Virus record (IMG/VR): IMGVR_UViG_3300034073_002120
From: a virus
Lineage: Duplodnaviria; Caudoviricetes
Reading direction: 5' to 3' (one strand)
Length of the DNA: 64,000 nucleotides
Shown here: positions 1-9,827 of the stretch, piece after piece
Layout of the letters: every line of letters starts with the position of its first letter
Position numbering within the stretch: position 1 is the first letter of the stretch
Made by a program: the position numbers and the translations under genes
Notes under the pieces: generated by a model
Told to the model about the DNA's origin: nothing
Database searches by the model: none
Seen by the model: the letters and a program-made list of their open reading frames with translations, nothing else

Positions 1-18
1 TTCATTGTTGTTGTTCAT
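1..18 (-). CDS. 5' end of a gene running off the window (MNNNNE...)
   Basis: ATG at 18-16 follows an A-rich leader (AAAAACAAACAAT) directly downstream of promoter 41-72. Confidence 0.45.
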
Positions 19-40
19 ATTGTTTGTTTTTATTACATAG

Positions 41-72
41 CTAAGATAGGGAACACTACTGATATAACCAAA
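41..72 (-). promoter_or_regulatory. Bacteroidota-type primary-sigma promoter
   Basis: Minus strand TTTG-N20-TATCTTAG; matches the -33 TTTG / -7 TAnnTTTG consensus with one change. Confidence 0.75.
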
Positions 73-333
73 TCTATTCCCACTTTTTTTAAAATTCCTC
101 GATTGACTATCAACCACTTAGCTAACTCGTTGACTTCCAGTGCGTTGCAAGGCATTGGACTATTCTCATCCAGTGCCACTCTACTTAACATAATGGAAAT
201 TATATAACAAAATCATTTTGTATTATTCCAATAGTTTCTAACGCACTGATTATCAACCATTTATTTTTTGTCTAGTCACGAAGGAAATTAAACTGGATTG
301 CAACAGTCAAACGCTTACCGCCCTCCCACCCTA

Positions 334-365
334 TAAAGGTACGGAAAAAATTCCACAATTCCAAA
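334..365 (-). promoter_or_regulatory. Bacteroidota-type promoter
   Basis: TTTG-N20-TACCTTTA. Confidence 0.55.
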
Positions 366-1101
366 TAAAAAGTATGACAATGTGTCGTATAAACGCGATT
401 TGCAATTCATTCAAGGATTCTCCCAATTGGTTGATAATATTGCAATAGAAAGTGTTTTGGCACTATGACATAATGTCCGATTCACAAATGTGTACAAAGC
501 CGTTACATATGTGTATAAAAGTATATGAAAATATGGATATAAAAATTTGTTCGTGTGGACATAAATGCGTATATGCTCTCTATTATTTGTGATTGGGTGT
601 TATATTGTGTCGTTTGGTGGGATTTTGTGTCATTTCTCTATTATGGGATATTAACCATTTTGAAACCTTTTAATTGAGTAATGGCATCCACAATCCCATT
701 TAACCCCGCTTAGAAGGATATAGAGAGGTTAATTCCAAGTGGGTGGTATAATTTCACCGCATGGGCTATAAATCCTCTTAAAACCCCCTCGTATTCCCTA
801 CTATTTCAGCACTCTCAGCAGGGGGAGCTATCATCAGTAGTGTGAGCTCAGGAGTTCATCAGTACATCGCTCTTGAGTGATGGGTTGGAAGGCTTTCTTT
901 TATACTATCCTTATGTGTACTATATAGTATATGTGTACTGGGTGCATTCTCATATAGGGGATAGGGTGTATTATCGTATGGACATAAAAAAAGGATACTA
1001 TCCCTATTTGGGGGTGTATCCTTATCATTGTCTTATTGATTACTCCTCCCTACATCTGAACTATATAGTGAGTCATTAATGGGATTAGTGTTACGCAAGT
1101 C

Positions 1102-1371
1102 CTAACGGATTTCCTTATTTCTTATATAGGTTTCAACTGCATCCCAAAAGTTAATCTTATCCATTATCCTTTTATCCCCTACCGATTCCATTTCCTCCAT
1201 TTCTTGCATATGGATTGCATCGAATTCATAGCCTTCTATGATTTCCTTTACCATATGTAACGAAAACTTCTTTGCTAATTCTCCTCTTTGTTTATTGGTA
1301 TGTACCGGTGGTAGGTTGGTGTAGAACCATAAGAATAGTTCATTACCTTTTGTTTCTATATTACTATTCAT
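1102..1371 (-). CDS. hypothetical protein (89 aa)
   Basis: ORF with typical composition on the coding strand. Confidence 0.7.
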   Translation of the reverse strand: MNSNIETKGNELFLWFYTNLPPVHTNKQRGELAKKFSLHMVKEIIEGYEFDAIHMQEMEEMESVGDKRIMDKINFWDAVETYIRNKEIR

Positions 1372-1449
1372 ATAACTTATATTACTATCAAAAAATTTTT
1401 AGGGACGACTTCGGCCAAAGGGATTCGACCATATCGATGTTAGTTGGGA

Positions 1450-1536
1450 TTATAATATATAGTGTACTACTACTAATGTTATTATTAAAACTATTACTAC
1501 TATTGTATTTATGGTTTGTTCGGTTTTCTTGTTCAT
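1450..1536 (-). CDS. small membrane peptide (28 aa, MNKKTEQTINTIVVIVLIITLVVVHYIL)
   Basis: Manually translated; basic N-terminus plus one hydrophobic segment; fills an intergenic gap. Confidence 0.5.
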   Translation of the reverse strand: MNKKTEQTINTIVVIVLIITLVVVHYIL

Positions 1537-1594
1537 TTGAATTTCCTTATCTTATCGGTCTTTCTCCCTATCCGGCCTTCGTATCGGTTGTTTC

Positions 1595-1891
1595 TTATAT
1601 ATCCTTTTGATATTTCTTTATACCTAAGTGGGATGGATTTTCGGTGAATAAACCTATTACTATATGTGATGTGCCGGTTACTTCACTATTAACTGTACCG
1701 ATTAGATTATAAGGAAATTTCTTTGAGTTATAGAAAGGGTTGTTGTCTGAATAGTATATTGGGGATTCATCCCACGTCCATCGTTTTATCCATTCTAACT
1801 CAAGTATGTCTTCGATTGAATTTACTTCGTGTTCTGTCCAATGTTCTGGTCCCATATCTGCGAAGTTAGGGAAACGTCTCTTTAATATCAT
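1595..1891 (-). CDS. hypothetical protein (98 aa)
   Basis: ORF, tightly packed with neighbours. Confidence 0.7.
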   Translation of the reverse strand: MILKRRFPNFADMGPEHWTEHEVNSIEDILELEWIKRWTWDESPIYYSDNNPFYNSKKFPYNLIGTVNSEVTGTSHIVIGLFTENPSHLGIKKYQKDI

Positions 1892-1894
1892 AAC

Positions 1895-2092
1895 CTATTT
1901 TTTGATTTCGAATTCCTTATTGTATATATTGTTTTCCTTTACCTTATCTATTACGCGTTTCATTCCTTCACCTATTCCTTGTCCGAATAGACCTTTACTA
2001 TTTGTGTACTCTTTACTTTGTTTTAATAATTCGTTTAGTAATTCTCTTTCTATTACTACGAACTCTTTGTAACCGCCAATTATTTGTTCCAT
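1895..2092 (-). CDS. hypothetical protein (65 aa)
   Basis: ORF, tightly packed. Confidence 0.65.
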   Translation of the reverse strand: MEQIIGGYKEFVVIERELLNELLKQSKEYTNSKGLFGQGIGEGMKRVIDKVKENNIYNKEFEIKK

Positions 2093-2190
2093 CGATTTCT
2101 TTTTTTATTTATAAAATATACCATTGCAATACCTATCAAAAGTATTATCCCATCATTCACTCCGCGTATTAAACTATATAGATATTCCAT
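2080..2190 (-). CDS. small membrane peptide (36 aa)
   Basis: Manual translation MEYLYSLIRGVNDGIILLIGIAMVYFINKKRNRWNK; stop overlaps the next start region. Confidence 0.5.
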   Translation of the reverse strand: MEYLYSLIRGVNDGIILLIGIAMVYFINKKRNRWNK

Positions 2191-2264
2191 TTATTTAGTA
2201 AATTAAGTTCTACATATAAATACCGATAAATAAACGAAATATAATATATTATTTTATTATTTGT

Positions 2265-2795
2265 TCATTGCCAATGATTATTATCCATTTCCCACCAAAA
2301 GGTTAGGTCTTCTATATCATCGTTGTAGTATTCTCCTACAAAATCTGATTTGAATTTTGAGTGTACATTCTCATACATCGTTAATGTTGATATTGGTTGA
2401 GTCAATTTCAATTCGTTTCTTATTATATCTACCACCTTTGTATAATTACCACCACGAATTACTCCTGCTTCTACCAATAGGATTATCTTGTCTCCTATAC
2501 TATCCTTATGAATATTGAACATATCGCAGATTTCTTTTACGAATTTCTCATCGAATGTTTGGTCAGGATATGGTACATCTATACCGAACCCATCACAAAT
2601 TTCCCCATTACAGGTCAATTGATGGCGAAGATATTGACCTACTACGGATGAATAATCCGTTGAAACTGTTACAATTATTGTGTTTGATGAATTTAATCCC
2701 TCCGATAATAGTTTATCCTTTAAGATATTCAACAAATGTAATTCAGTTTCCCACTCTACTTTTAGTTCTTTTCTCATATTAGTCAAGGAATTCAA
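2265..2795 (-). CDS. type I phosphoribosyltransferase-like protein
   Basis: PRPP-loop-like motif IILLVEAGVIRGGNY preceded by a hydrophobic strand. Confidence 0.5.
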   Translation of the reverse strand: MNSLTNMRKELKVEWETELHLLNILKDKLLSEGLNSSNTIIVTVSTDYSSVVGQYLRHQLTCNGEICDGFGIDVPYPDQTFDEKFVKEICDMFNIHKDSIGDKIILLVEAGVIRGGNYTKVVDIIRNELKLTQPISTLTMYENVHSKFKSDFVGEYYNDDIEDLTFWWEMDNNHWQ

Positions 2796-2970
2796 TTCCC
2801 TCCGTTGCTATTGTTGCGATTACATATACTAAGATACTTGGTATTGGTGTGAATATTCCGGCTAAAAATCCTATTCTCCACAACGCAACATCGGTGTTGG
2901 TGTATCTTGCTAGACCAGAACATACTCCGAATATCTTCTTGTCCGTTTCACTTCTATAAAATTTTCTCAT
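2779..2970 (-). CDS. PspC-domain membrane protein
   Basis: YRSETDKKIFGVCSGLARYTNTDVALWR followed by a TM segment: PspC signature. Confidence 0.85.
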   Translation of the reverse strand: MRKFYRSETDKKIFGVCSGLARYTNTDVALWRIGFLAGIFTPIPSILVYVIATIATEGIEFLD

Positions 2971-2971
2971 A

Positions 2972-3118
2972 TTACCACCTTTGTTTTTTGTTTATCCCAA
3001 TCCAACTGTCTCTCTTCTTGTCTTTGGGTTCTTCGGTTTTTAATTTTATTACTTTCTTTTTGGGTTTGTTTGGGGTTCGATTCTCTCGTTCGATTTCATC
3101 CCAACTTATTTTAGGCAT
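2972..3118 (-). CDS. small basic hypothetical protein (48 aa)
   Basis: Manual translation MPKISWDEIERENRTPNKPKKK...; fills the gap exactly. Confidence 0.55.
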   Translation of the reverse strand: MPKISWDEIERENRTPNKPKKKVIKLKTEEPKDKKRDSWIGINKKQRW

Positions 3119-3130
3119 TGTTTCTCTCTA

Positions 3131-3319
3131 TTATTTGTTTGATTGCACTAAACATTTCCAACATAGTCCATCCATATCTCTAATGATTGAATTACATTTA
3201 GGACATAAACTATCCTCTTTTTTTCTTTTATTATATTCATCCAACGATTGAATATAGGTAGTTCCAACTTCTAATGGAAATGTACTGATTAAATGCTCTT
3301 CTCTATTAATCTTGTTCAT
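3131..3319 (-). CDS. small Zn-finger-like protein (CPKC...CWKC)
   Basis: Two CxxC motifs. Confidence 0.6.
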   Translation of the reverse strand: MNKINREEHLISTFPLEVGTTYIQSLDEYNKRKKEDSLCPKCNSIIRDMDGLCWKCLVQSNK

Positions 3320-3491
3320 CTCCGTTGTCTATTTTACGCATTGTTGTGATGTATGCTAATCTCAAACCATGCATCATTTCTAAAAATTGTTCGTAATCTT
3401 CCGTATCCAACTCTCTTATATGAGTCATTTGAATATATCCCTCTTCATTCTCAAGTTCTACATACACTCCTTTCAATCTTACTTTACTCAT
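3306..3491 (-). CDS. hypothetical protein (61 aa)
   Basis: ORF overlapping neighbours in phage style. Confidence 0.6.
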   Translation of the reverse strand: MSKVRLKGVYVELENEEGYIQMTHIRELDTEDYEQFLEMMHGLRLAYITTMRKIDNGDEQD

Positions 3492-3603
3492 TTTCTAATT
3501 TGTTTATCCATATATTCAAACGTTCGCATACTTTTGGTAATTTATTTTTAGTAGCCAAACGTATCCATATGGTGTATAATATTTTTACTAATATCTTTTT
3601 CAT
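3484..3603 (-). CDS. small hypothetical protein (39 aa)
   Basis: Manual translation; start overlaps the upstream stop. Confidence 0.45.
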   Translation of the reverse strand: MKKILVKILYTIWIRLATKNKLPKVCERLNIWINKLENE

Positions 3604-4322
3604 TACTCAAGTTCTTTTATTAAAAAATCACTCCAATCCTTATGCGATTCTTTTGTAGGATGATTTCTTGGTAAAAATCCACCTCCCATAAATCGTATAT
3701 AATCATACATATTACCAAACGTAAATTCTGCTGGTAGGAAACGTCTTAAATTATCTAATCCTAATTGATTCTCTTGTCTACCAAATTTATCTATTTTATT
3801 TGTTGGTTCTTCAATTTTTTGGTAATCATAAAACGTATTAAAAAAATAATAACGTATATTACACCTATCCAATAAACCAGCTAAACTGATTATATGGTTA
3901 TAGGTTCTAATGTAAGATGGAATATCTGCAGTCTGATTTAATACAAACAAGTCTTCGGTAGTTCTATCCTTATCATTCTCACCCCATTTATCATACCCAA
4001 CCCACAATCTCTCTTGTTGATATTCAGTTCCGTTCCACCATTCAAATCTTGTAGGGGATGTCCAACCTATTACTACAATTGGTTCATCTATTTCAACCCA
4101 ACCAGTTTCCTCACTCCACAATTGTCTTGTTTGAATCCAGTGATGTATATCACGTAGAGTTTGCCTATATATGTAATCGTTCGAAACTCCGGCAGTTGCA
4201 TTGTTACAATCAACCCAACCATAGTGTTCTGCAATATGATGTGAAAAACGTTCGGTTTCTTTATTCTCTAATTCTGCTCCCCATACAACCGAATCACCAT
4301 GTGTATATAACCCTTTACGCAT
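3603..4322 (-). CDS. SGNH/GDSL-like hydrolase or acyltransferase (paralog 1)
   Basis: N-terminal HGDSVVWG and C-terminal RNHPTKESH, like SGNH blocks I and V. Confidence 0.65.
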   Translation of the reverse strand: MRKGLYTHGDSVVWGAELENKETERFSHHIAEHYGWVDCNNATAGVSNDYIYRQTLRDIHHWIQTRQLWSEETGWVEIDEPIVVIGWTSPTRFEWWNGTEYQQERLWVGYDKWGENDKDRTTEDLFVLNQTADIPSYIRTYNHIISLAGLLDRCNIRYYFFNTFYDYQKIEEPTNKIDKFGRQENQLGLDNLRRFLPAEFTFGNMYDYIRFMGGGFLPRNHPTKESHKDWSDFLIKELE

Positions 4323-4954
4323 TATTGATATATTTTTTGTGTACTCAAATCATCATATAACCAACTACCTCCGCAATGTTGATTTATCGATTTTATTTGT
4401 GGGGAATGAAATATTTCTAAACCTCTCTTTGCTTGTTCAGGTGACATATACATATGCCATCCTACACATTCAAATTCATCTTCCTTATACAATTTGTATT
4501 TATGTCTTCCATCGTATATCATTGGTCTTGCCCAATCATTAAAGATTTCATCGTTTGTGAGTATCATTCCACCAGTTCCAATATTTAGGATTTTTTTAAT
4601 ATGAAATGAAAGTACCATATACGATTCATCAAGAGTATCATAGTACATACCTTCATAGAATGCAGTTGCTGCATCATATATTCCCGTATATCCTAATTGA
4701 TACATACCATCCCATTGCATATCTTTAAAAACAGGTTTATTACCTGATAGGATTATTTGGTTAGGCACTGAAACATATGTTCTGGCTGGTATTTCTATTT
4801 TTTCATCAACTATTTCTAAGTAGTGTAATAGTAAACGAATTGCATTTGAATTAGAATCACACGCAATTGCATATTTTGAACCACAATATTGTGCTATTTC
4901 ATTTTCAAAATGTGTAACCCAATCCCAACTATCCTTTATTATATAATCTTTCAT
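4322..4954 (-). CDS. short DegT/DnrJ/EryC1/StrS PLP-dependent sugar aminotransferase
   Basis: FENEIAQYCGSKYAIA, DAA, LSFHIKK (catalytic Lys) and GTGGMILTND motifs. Confidence 0.85.
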   Translation of the reverse strand: MKDYIIKDSWDWVTHFENEIAQYCGSKYAIACDSNSNAIRLLLHYLEIVDEKIEIPARTYVSVPNQIILSGNKPVFKDMQWDGMYQLGYTGIYDAATAFYEGMYYDTLDESYMVLSFHIKKILNIGTGGMILTNDEIFNDWARPMIYDGRHKYKLYKEDEFECVGWHMYMSPEQAKRGLEIFHSPQIKSINQHCGGSWLYDDLSTQKIYQ

Positions 4955-5865
4955 ATGTCTAATATTGGTAATAACTCTTCTTTAACCCATTTTTCCATCA
5001 TTTTTGGCGATGGATGACCCCAACCATTTGATTGTACTTTTAGATACTCATCATATGTCATATCTTCACTTTCTTGAAATATAGGTAAATCACCATGATT
5101 ATCGATTGTCCATTCTAATAATCCATTATAATTTTTGTAGTGCCAGTGATTAGGTGAATCGATGGGTAATTCATCTAAATAAGGTTTTAGTACCTCATGA
5201 TTTTCAAACCATAATTTTTTAGTTGGTATATCTGAATTATTTTGGGGTGCACCAAAGTGGCACTCTCTTGCTTCAACTGAATATGGATTTCGCATACTCA
5301 TATAATAGGTCTTTATACCCAATTCTTTACAAGTTTTTTCCATCAATACCCAAAGTTCTAACCAATGCATTGTTTGATTCACAATTGTATTCCAATTAAT
5401 ATCTAACTCCCAATACTTTATTGCATTTTCAATATTAAAATAAACCATCGCAGAATCTTCTCCATCTGGTGGCATAAACCCACCTGTTAGATAGAATACT
5501 CCTTTTTCGTTTTCCCAATTTGGTGTATAAACTAATGTATGTCCTAAGTGATGTTGGGTTTGTGTGAATTCCTTTTCTAAAAAGATTGCTTGTCTTGTAG
5601 GGTCAGACCATTGTGTGATTAGTGTAATATCTTTTGGATTAATACCTTCACTAATCAAACGTTTCAAATGATATAATTGTATTCGGCACATTGATACATT
5701 ATCGTTCGTTGCACCTCCATAATTTAAAACTTTATATTCATCTCCTAATTCTTGTTGTAAATAATGTGGCCAAGATAAACGAGTTTCATCGGTTGATTCT
5801 AAATTATTCGGATTTAATCTTACATTATTAGTAAACGAGCAACCTGTTGTTAGAATGTATTTCAT
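4951..5865 (-). CDS. SGNH-like protein (paralog 2)
   Basis: TGCSFT...SWPHYL...GWGHPSP. Confidence 0.65.
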   Translation of the reverse strand: MKYILTTGCSFTNNVRLNPNNLESTDETRLSWPHYLQQELGDEYKVLNYGGATNDNVSMCRIQLYHLKRLISEGINPKDITLITQWSDPTRQAIFLEKEFTQTQHHLGHTLVYTPNWENEKGVFYLTGGFMPPDGEDSAMVYFNIENAIKYWELDINWNTIVNQTMHWLELWVLMEKTCKELGIKTYYMSMRNPYSVEARECHFGAPQNNSDIPTKKLWFENHEVLKPYLDELPIDSPNHWHYKNYNGLLEWTIDNHGDLPIFQESEDMTYDEYLKVQSNGWGHPSPKMMEKWVKEELLPILDI

Positions 5866-6656
5866 TAATTTACAATTTTTGGAGTGTAACCATAATCTTC
5901 ACCACCATTACCAACAAAGTGGCCATTCCACTCTTCTTCTTCATGTAATTTGTGATGTGAATATTCATTTGATGAATATGTGCTACGATGTGGTGGATTC
6001 TCCTTATCATATTCCGATGTAGAAACATAATAAAAGAAACGAATTGCGCATCTACCATAAACATAATCAGGACAAGTAACTTCACTTACCGAATGAACTG
6101 GTCCTTTTGGTATATTTTCATTAATAACGAATCTATTGAAAAGTGGAGCAGTTGATTCTATTATTTTTGCATTTGGGTTTAATTCTGGATTACCATCCCA
6201 AACTACATTATGTCCACCCCATTCAGATTTCCAATTAGGTGTAATATAAAGTAATGATGTCAATTTTCTATGTAATCGCAATCTATCATTCCAATTAAAA
6301 TCATAATGTGGAGCAAGAATAGTTCCATTTCTTAAAATAGAATATCCAGCACCAACTAAGTGTGGGTCTGGTAATAATCCCACAATACCAGTCATATTTT
6401 CAAGTTGATATAAGAATTCACCTGAATGCATTATATCATATGTAACTCTATGTGCAGTTGGTAGGGATATTAAATCGTTAAACTCTTCCATACGAGAATT
6501 TGCACGAGTAAATACTGTCCATCCACCTTTCGGTGCATTCATACATTCCTCATACAATTTCATACAAGTTTCTTCATCCAAAAAATTATCGATTACAACT
6601 CTACCAAATCCATCTTCGGTTTTAGTTTTTTCCCATTCTAATTTTTTATTTATCAT
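5865..6656 (-). CDS. 2OG-Fe(II) oxygenase (prolyl-hydroxylase-like)
   Basis: PHYDFN (HxD), LLYITPNWKSEWGG, PVHSV and RCAIRFFYY; start refined to ATG at 6656. Confidence 0.85.
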   Translation of the reverse strand: MINKKLEWEKTKTEDGFGRVVIDNFLDEETCMKLYEECMNAPKGGWTVFTRANSRMEEFNDLISLPTAHRVTYDIMHSGEFLYQLENMTGIVGLLPDPHLVGAGYSILRNGTILAPHYDFNWNDRLRLHRKLTSLLYITPNWKSEWGGHNVVWDGNPELNPNAKIIESTAPLFNRFVINENIPKGPVHSVSEVTCPDYVYGRCAIRFFYYVSTSEYDKENPPHRSTYSSNEYSHHKLHEEEEWNGHFVGNGGEDYGYTPKIVN

Positions 6657-6657
6657 A

Positions 6658-7689
6658 TTACTTTCGTATTGCATTATGTTTTGAAGAGTCCCATCTATCG
6701 GTGAAATCAAATTCTAACTCACCAATAAAATTTTTAACTCTATCATAGATATAATCATCGAAAAAATTTATATAAACAGAATCATGCGGATGTGCTCCAA
6801 ATGATGTTATATAACCATCTTCCGGTATATCCCATAAATTAGCACCAGATGTATATGCTACATGTCCAAACTTTTCCATTGCATATTCATCTATACCACC
6901 ATAATTAAATTTTTCAGTTTTGTAAAACACAAAATTTTCTAAATCGATTAAATTCCAAATGTAGGTTAAATATTCTGAAAATTCCTTTATATGCATTAAA
7001 TTGTTTATATAAGGTAGGGTTATAATTTCAGTTTGTAATTGTTGCCAAGTTTCATCATCACCATATAAATGTAAGAAATTATCGTAATATCCTTCAAACG
7101 AATTATTCATTAAAAAAAACGAATATTCAATTTGATTTGCTTTTAAAAAGTTTTGTAAATCTAAAATGTTTGTTAGATATTGCTCAAGTCTATCAATTGG
7201 TTTATAACTGATTGGTGTTGTTTCTTCAAATTCTTTTATATAAAATTTCAATTCTTCATTATCAAAAGATTCCAAATCAGCATGTTCTATATTAGCATAT
7301 ATTCTATCACCAAAAACTACATTCAACGATTTATATTTACTAACATATTCATATGAATCCTCAACTCGTTGAAATTTGTTATTCAAAATAAAAGTACCTT
7401 CACAGTGATTTTTATCGTTTAAAATTTCGGTACAAAATTCTTGTGGTAATTCTACAAATAATCTATTAGGTTGTGACCATTCAACTATTGTGTATATATC
7501 TTTTGATGTAACTCCCTTTTCTAATAATTTAGATATAGTATAAATTACACTACGTTTTTGATATTCAGCTCCATGTGAATCGCAATGTAAATCAATTATT
7601 TGAAAATCAGTATCGTTTCCTTTTGTGAATTCTTTCATAGAACGAAACAATACACCATAACTGCAACCAGTATTAATTATGTATTTCAT
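6658..7689 (-). CDS. SGNH-like protein (paralog 3)
   Basis: TGCSYG...VEWSQPNR...GAHPHDS. Confidence 0.6.
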   Translation of the reverse strand: MKYIINTGCSYGVLFRSMKEFTKGNDTDFQIIDLHCDSHGAEYQKRSVIYTISKLLEKGVTSKDIYTIVEWSQPNRLFVELPQEFCTEILNDKNHCEGTFILNNKFQRVEDSYEYVSKYKSLNVVFGDRIYANIEHADLESFDNEELKFYIKEFEETTPISYKPIDRLEQYLTNILDLQNFLKANQIEYSFFLMNNSFEGYYDNFLHLYGDDETWQQLQTEIITLPYINNLMHIKEFSEYLTYIWNLIDLENFVFYKTEKFNYGGIDEYAMEKFGHVAYTSGANLWDIPEDGYITSFGAHPHDSVYINFFDDYIYDRVKNFIGELEFDFTDRWDSSKHNAIRK

Positions 7690-8665
7690 CAAACCAACCT
7701 TTATTTATTAAATTTTTATACAAAACATCAGCTATTAGTTTCATACCGGCAGGACCTGCATGGCCACCATCTACGTTATATTCAGTTCCATGTGTTTTAA
7801 ATTGATATAAACTCCATAATATTACATCATCTATTTTGTATTTAGAATCAATCGAATCAAAAATCCATCCTGCTTCCGTATTTTTGAAATCATATATCAT
7901 AGAATCATCTACATCGATTCCATTTGTACTTGTTGACCAAAATTCTTTAACCCATTCAAATTCATCATCAGTATCATAATAATTTGTAAAATCTAATTTA
8001 TATGATAAAAATGGTGAATACCCATCTACCATTATATGGTCAATATTCAAACTTTTAAGAAATAAATGAAATGAATTCATTCTCAATCCCCAATGCAACA
8101 TTAACTCTTGAAATTGTTCATGAATCAAAGGTGGATATATATCATTTTCTATTCCGATTTTCCAACCATGTCTTGAGTTTGGATAGTGTTTGTGTTCTGG
8201 AAAATATATTAATTGTTTATTTACGTTATTCGGGTCTGTCCACATACCTTTATGTTGGATTTCCTCTTCCGATTCTGGCCACCATTCTGGTTTATGTTGT
8301 ATATAGTGATAAGCATCCCAATCGTTGAATCCGTGAAATGCTATGTTGATTGGTGACATATATTTCATATTCCACTTTTCCCATACATCGGTTCTACAAA
8401 TTGCAATCTCTTCGTAATTTACTCTTCTATCTAACGCAGATTTTTGCAATACAAAAAAACACTCATTAAGTATATTTTTGTTATTGTGAATAAAGGATGT
8501 TATAGTGGTTTCAACTGAATACCAACCTGTACCTGCAGTTGCTATATTGATTAGTTCTAACCCTAATTTATCTGCTAAATGTTTTCCATATACTTCATTT
8601 GCCGGACAACCTTGTCCATAAGTTTGAGAACATCCGCATGTAACTAAATATTTGTATTTTTTCAT
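7673..8665 (-). CDS. SGNH-like protein (paralog 4)
   Basis: CGCSQTYG...IATAGTG...DGGHAGPAG. Confidence 0.65.
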   Translation of the reverse strand: MKKYKYLVTCGCSQTYGQGCPANEVYGKHLADKLGLELINIATAGTGWYSVETTITSFIHNNKNILNECFFVLQKSALDRRVNYEEIAICRTDVWEKWNMKYMSPINIAFHGFNDWDAYHYIQHKPEWWPESEEEIQHKGMWTDPNNVNKQLIYFPEHKHYPNSRHGWKIGIENDIYPPLIHEQFQELMLHWGLRMNSFHLFLKSLNIDHIMVDGYSPFLSYKLDFTNYYDTDDEFEWVKEFWSTSTNGIDVDDSMIYDFKNTEAGWIFDSIDSKYKIDDVILWSLYQFKTHGTEYNVDGGHAGPAGMKLIADVLYKNLINKGWFDEIHN

Positions 8666-8666
8666 A

Positions 8667-9071
8667 TTACCAACTAATTTCCCAATCTTTGAAATCTGAT
8701 GCTAAACAATCGATTTTATAATCTTTTCTACCACCAACAACTTCTTGTATTTTATTTTTTGCAGTGTTACGAATTCCATTCAAACCATGTGTTAATGCTA
8801 ATGCATTTGGTCCTTCCTTGCCATTGCGTACATTTGATTCATTATGCCAAATGTGTAAATTCATTTGTGAAAGAACTACAATTGCACGTATTTGTTCTCC
8901 TGTAATTCTACCATCGGTTTCAGATAAAATTAATTCAATATCATGTACAATTTCTTCTATTTCTTTTGCATACTCATCTTTATGTTCTGAAATGAATACT
9001 TCTTTTAATTGTGAAATGCTTAATCTATCTACCAATTCTGCTAACGTTGGTAGGTACTTTCTACTTGTCAT
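8667..9071 (-). CDS. helical hypothetical protein (DUF4254/DUF6165-like)
   Basis: TLAELVDRLSISQLK...IWHNE...NGIRNTAKNKI pattern, recalled from glycan loci. Confidence 0.45.
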   Translation of the reverse strand: MTSRKYLPTLAELVDRLSISQLKEVFISEHKDEYAKEIEEIVHDIELILSETDGRITGEQIRAIVVLSQMNLHIWHNESNVRNGKEGPNALALTHGLNGIRNTAKNKIQEVVGGRKDYKIDCLASDFKDWEISW

Positions 9072-9459
9072 ATAGTTTATTTATTATGTGAGTGGAACTA
9101 AATCCGTCTAGTTTTGGAAAAAATACTATTTCTTTTACATATTCTTTACCTATAATTCTTTTATCTTTATATTCATCACCAATTACCATTATTTCAGGTC
9201 TTATGGTTTTTATTAAAGTTTCCAATTCTTCATCAGAATCAAATGTCAATACTCTATCTACATATCTAATAGATTCCAATAAAGTTATTCTACTTACTAA
9301 TTTATTTATTGGTCTTTCTTCACCTTTTAATTCACTTACTCTTCTATCACTATCAACACCAACAATTAAAAAATCACCTAAATCTGCACCCTTTTGTAAA
9401 AGTTTTATATGTCCTAAATGTAAAACATCAAATGTTCCGTTTATCCAAACTTTTGTCAT
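9061..9459 (-). CDS. hldC: ADP-heptose synthase-type nucleotidyltransferase (RfaE domain II)
   Basis: NGTFDVLHLGHIKLL (HxGH), VGVDSDRRVSELKGEERP, FSSTHII. Confidence 0.85.
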   Translation of the reverse strand: MTKVWINGTFDVLHLGHIKLLQKGADLGDFLIVGVDSDRRVSELKGEERPINKLVSRITLLESIRYVDRVLTFDSDEELETLIKTIRPEIMVIGDEYKDKRIIGKEYVKEIVFFPKLDGFSSTHIINKLYDK

Positions 9460-9827
9460 ATTAAATCACTACCTTTATTTTTATAAATTCTATACGAATC
9501 TGAATCAAAGTGTTCGGTAGAAACCTCAAATACAATCGATTCTGGTTCTAATGCTATCAATTGATGTGGTTTACCTCTTTCAATATAAACAACATCACCC
9601 ACATTAAGTATATCTTTTTGTAAAGTTGCTGTTTCAGTATCAATTGAATGAAATTCAAATGCTCCTTTTTGAATATACCAAGTTTCATTTTTAATCATAT
9701 GGTAATGCATTGAAAATCGATTGCCTTCATTTTCAAATACCAATAATTTACCACAATATTGAGAATCGTTATGAATCCATAACTCATATCCCCAACTTTT
9801 TTCTACTTTTGTTGGATTTAACTTCAT
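9456..9827 (-). CDS. cupin (mannose-6-P / D-lyxose isomerase-like)
   Basis: VEKSWGYE, SMHYHMIKNETWY, GKPHQLIA, FEVSTEHFDSDSYR; start refined. Confidence 0.8.
   Translation of the reverse strand: MKLNPTKVEKSWGYELWIHNDSQYCGKLLVFENEGNRFSMHYHMIKNETWYIQKGAFEFHSIDTETATLQKDILNVGDVVYIERGKPHQLIALEPESIVFEVSTEHFDSDSYRIYKNKGSDLI

Noticed and set aside
1418-1432. GGTCGAATCC T-loop look-alike
   Set aside because: No flanking stem or acceptor pairing
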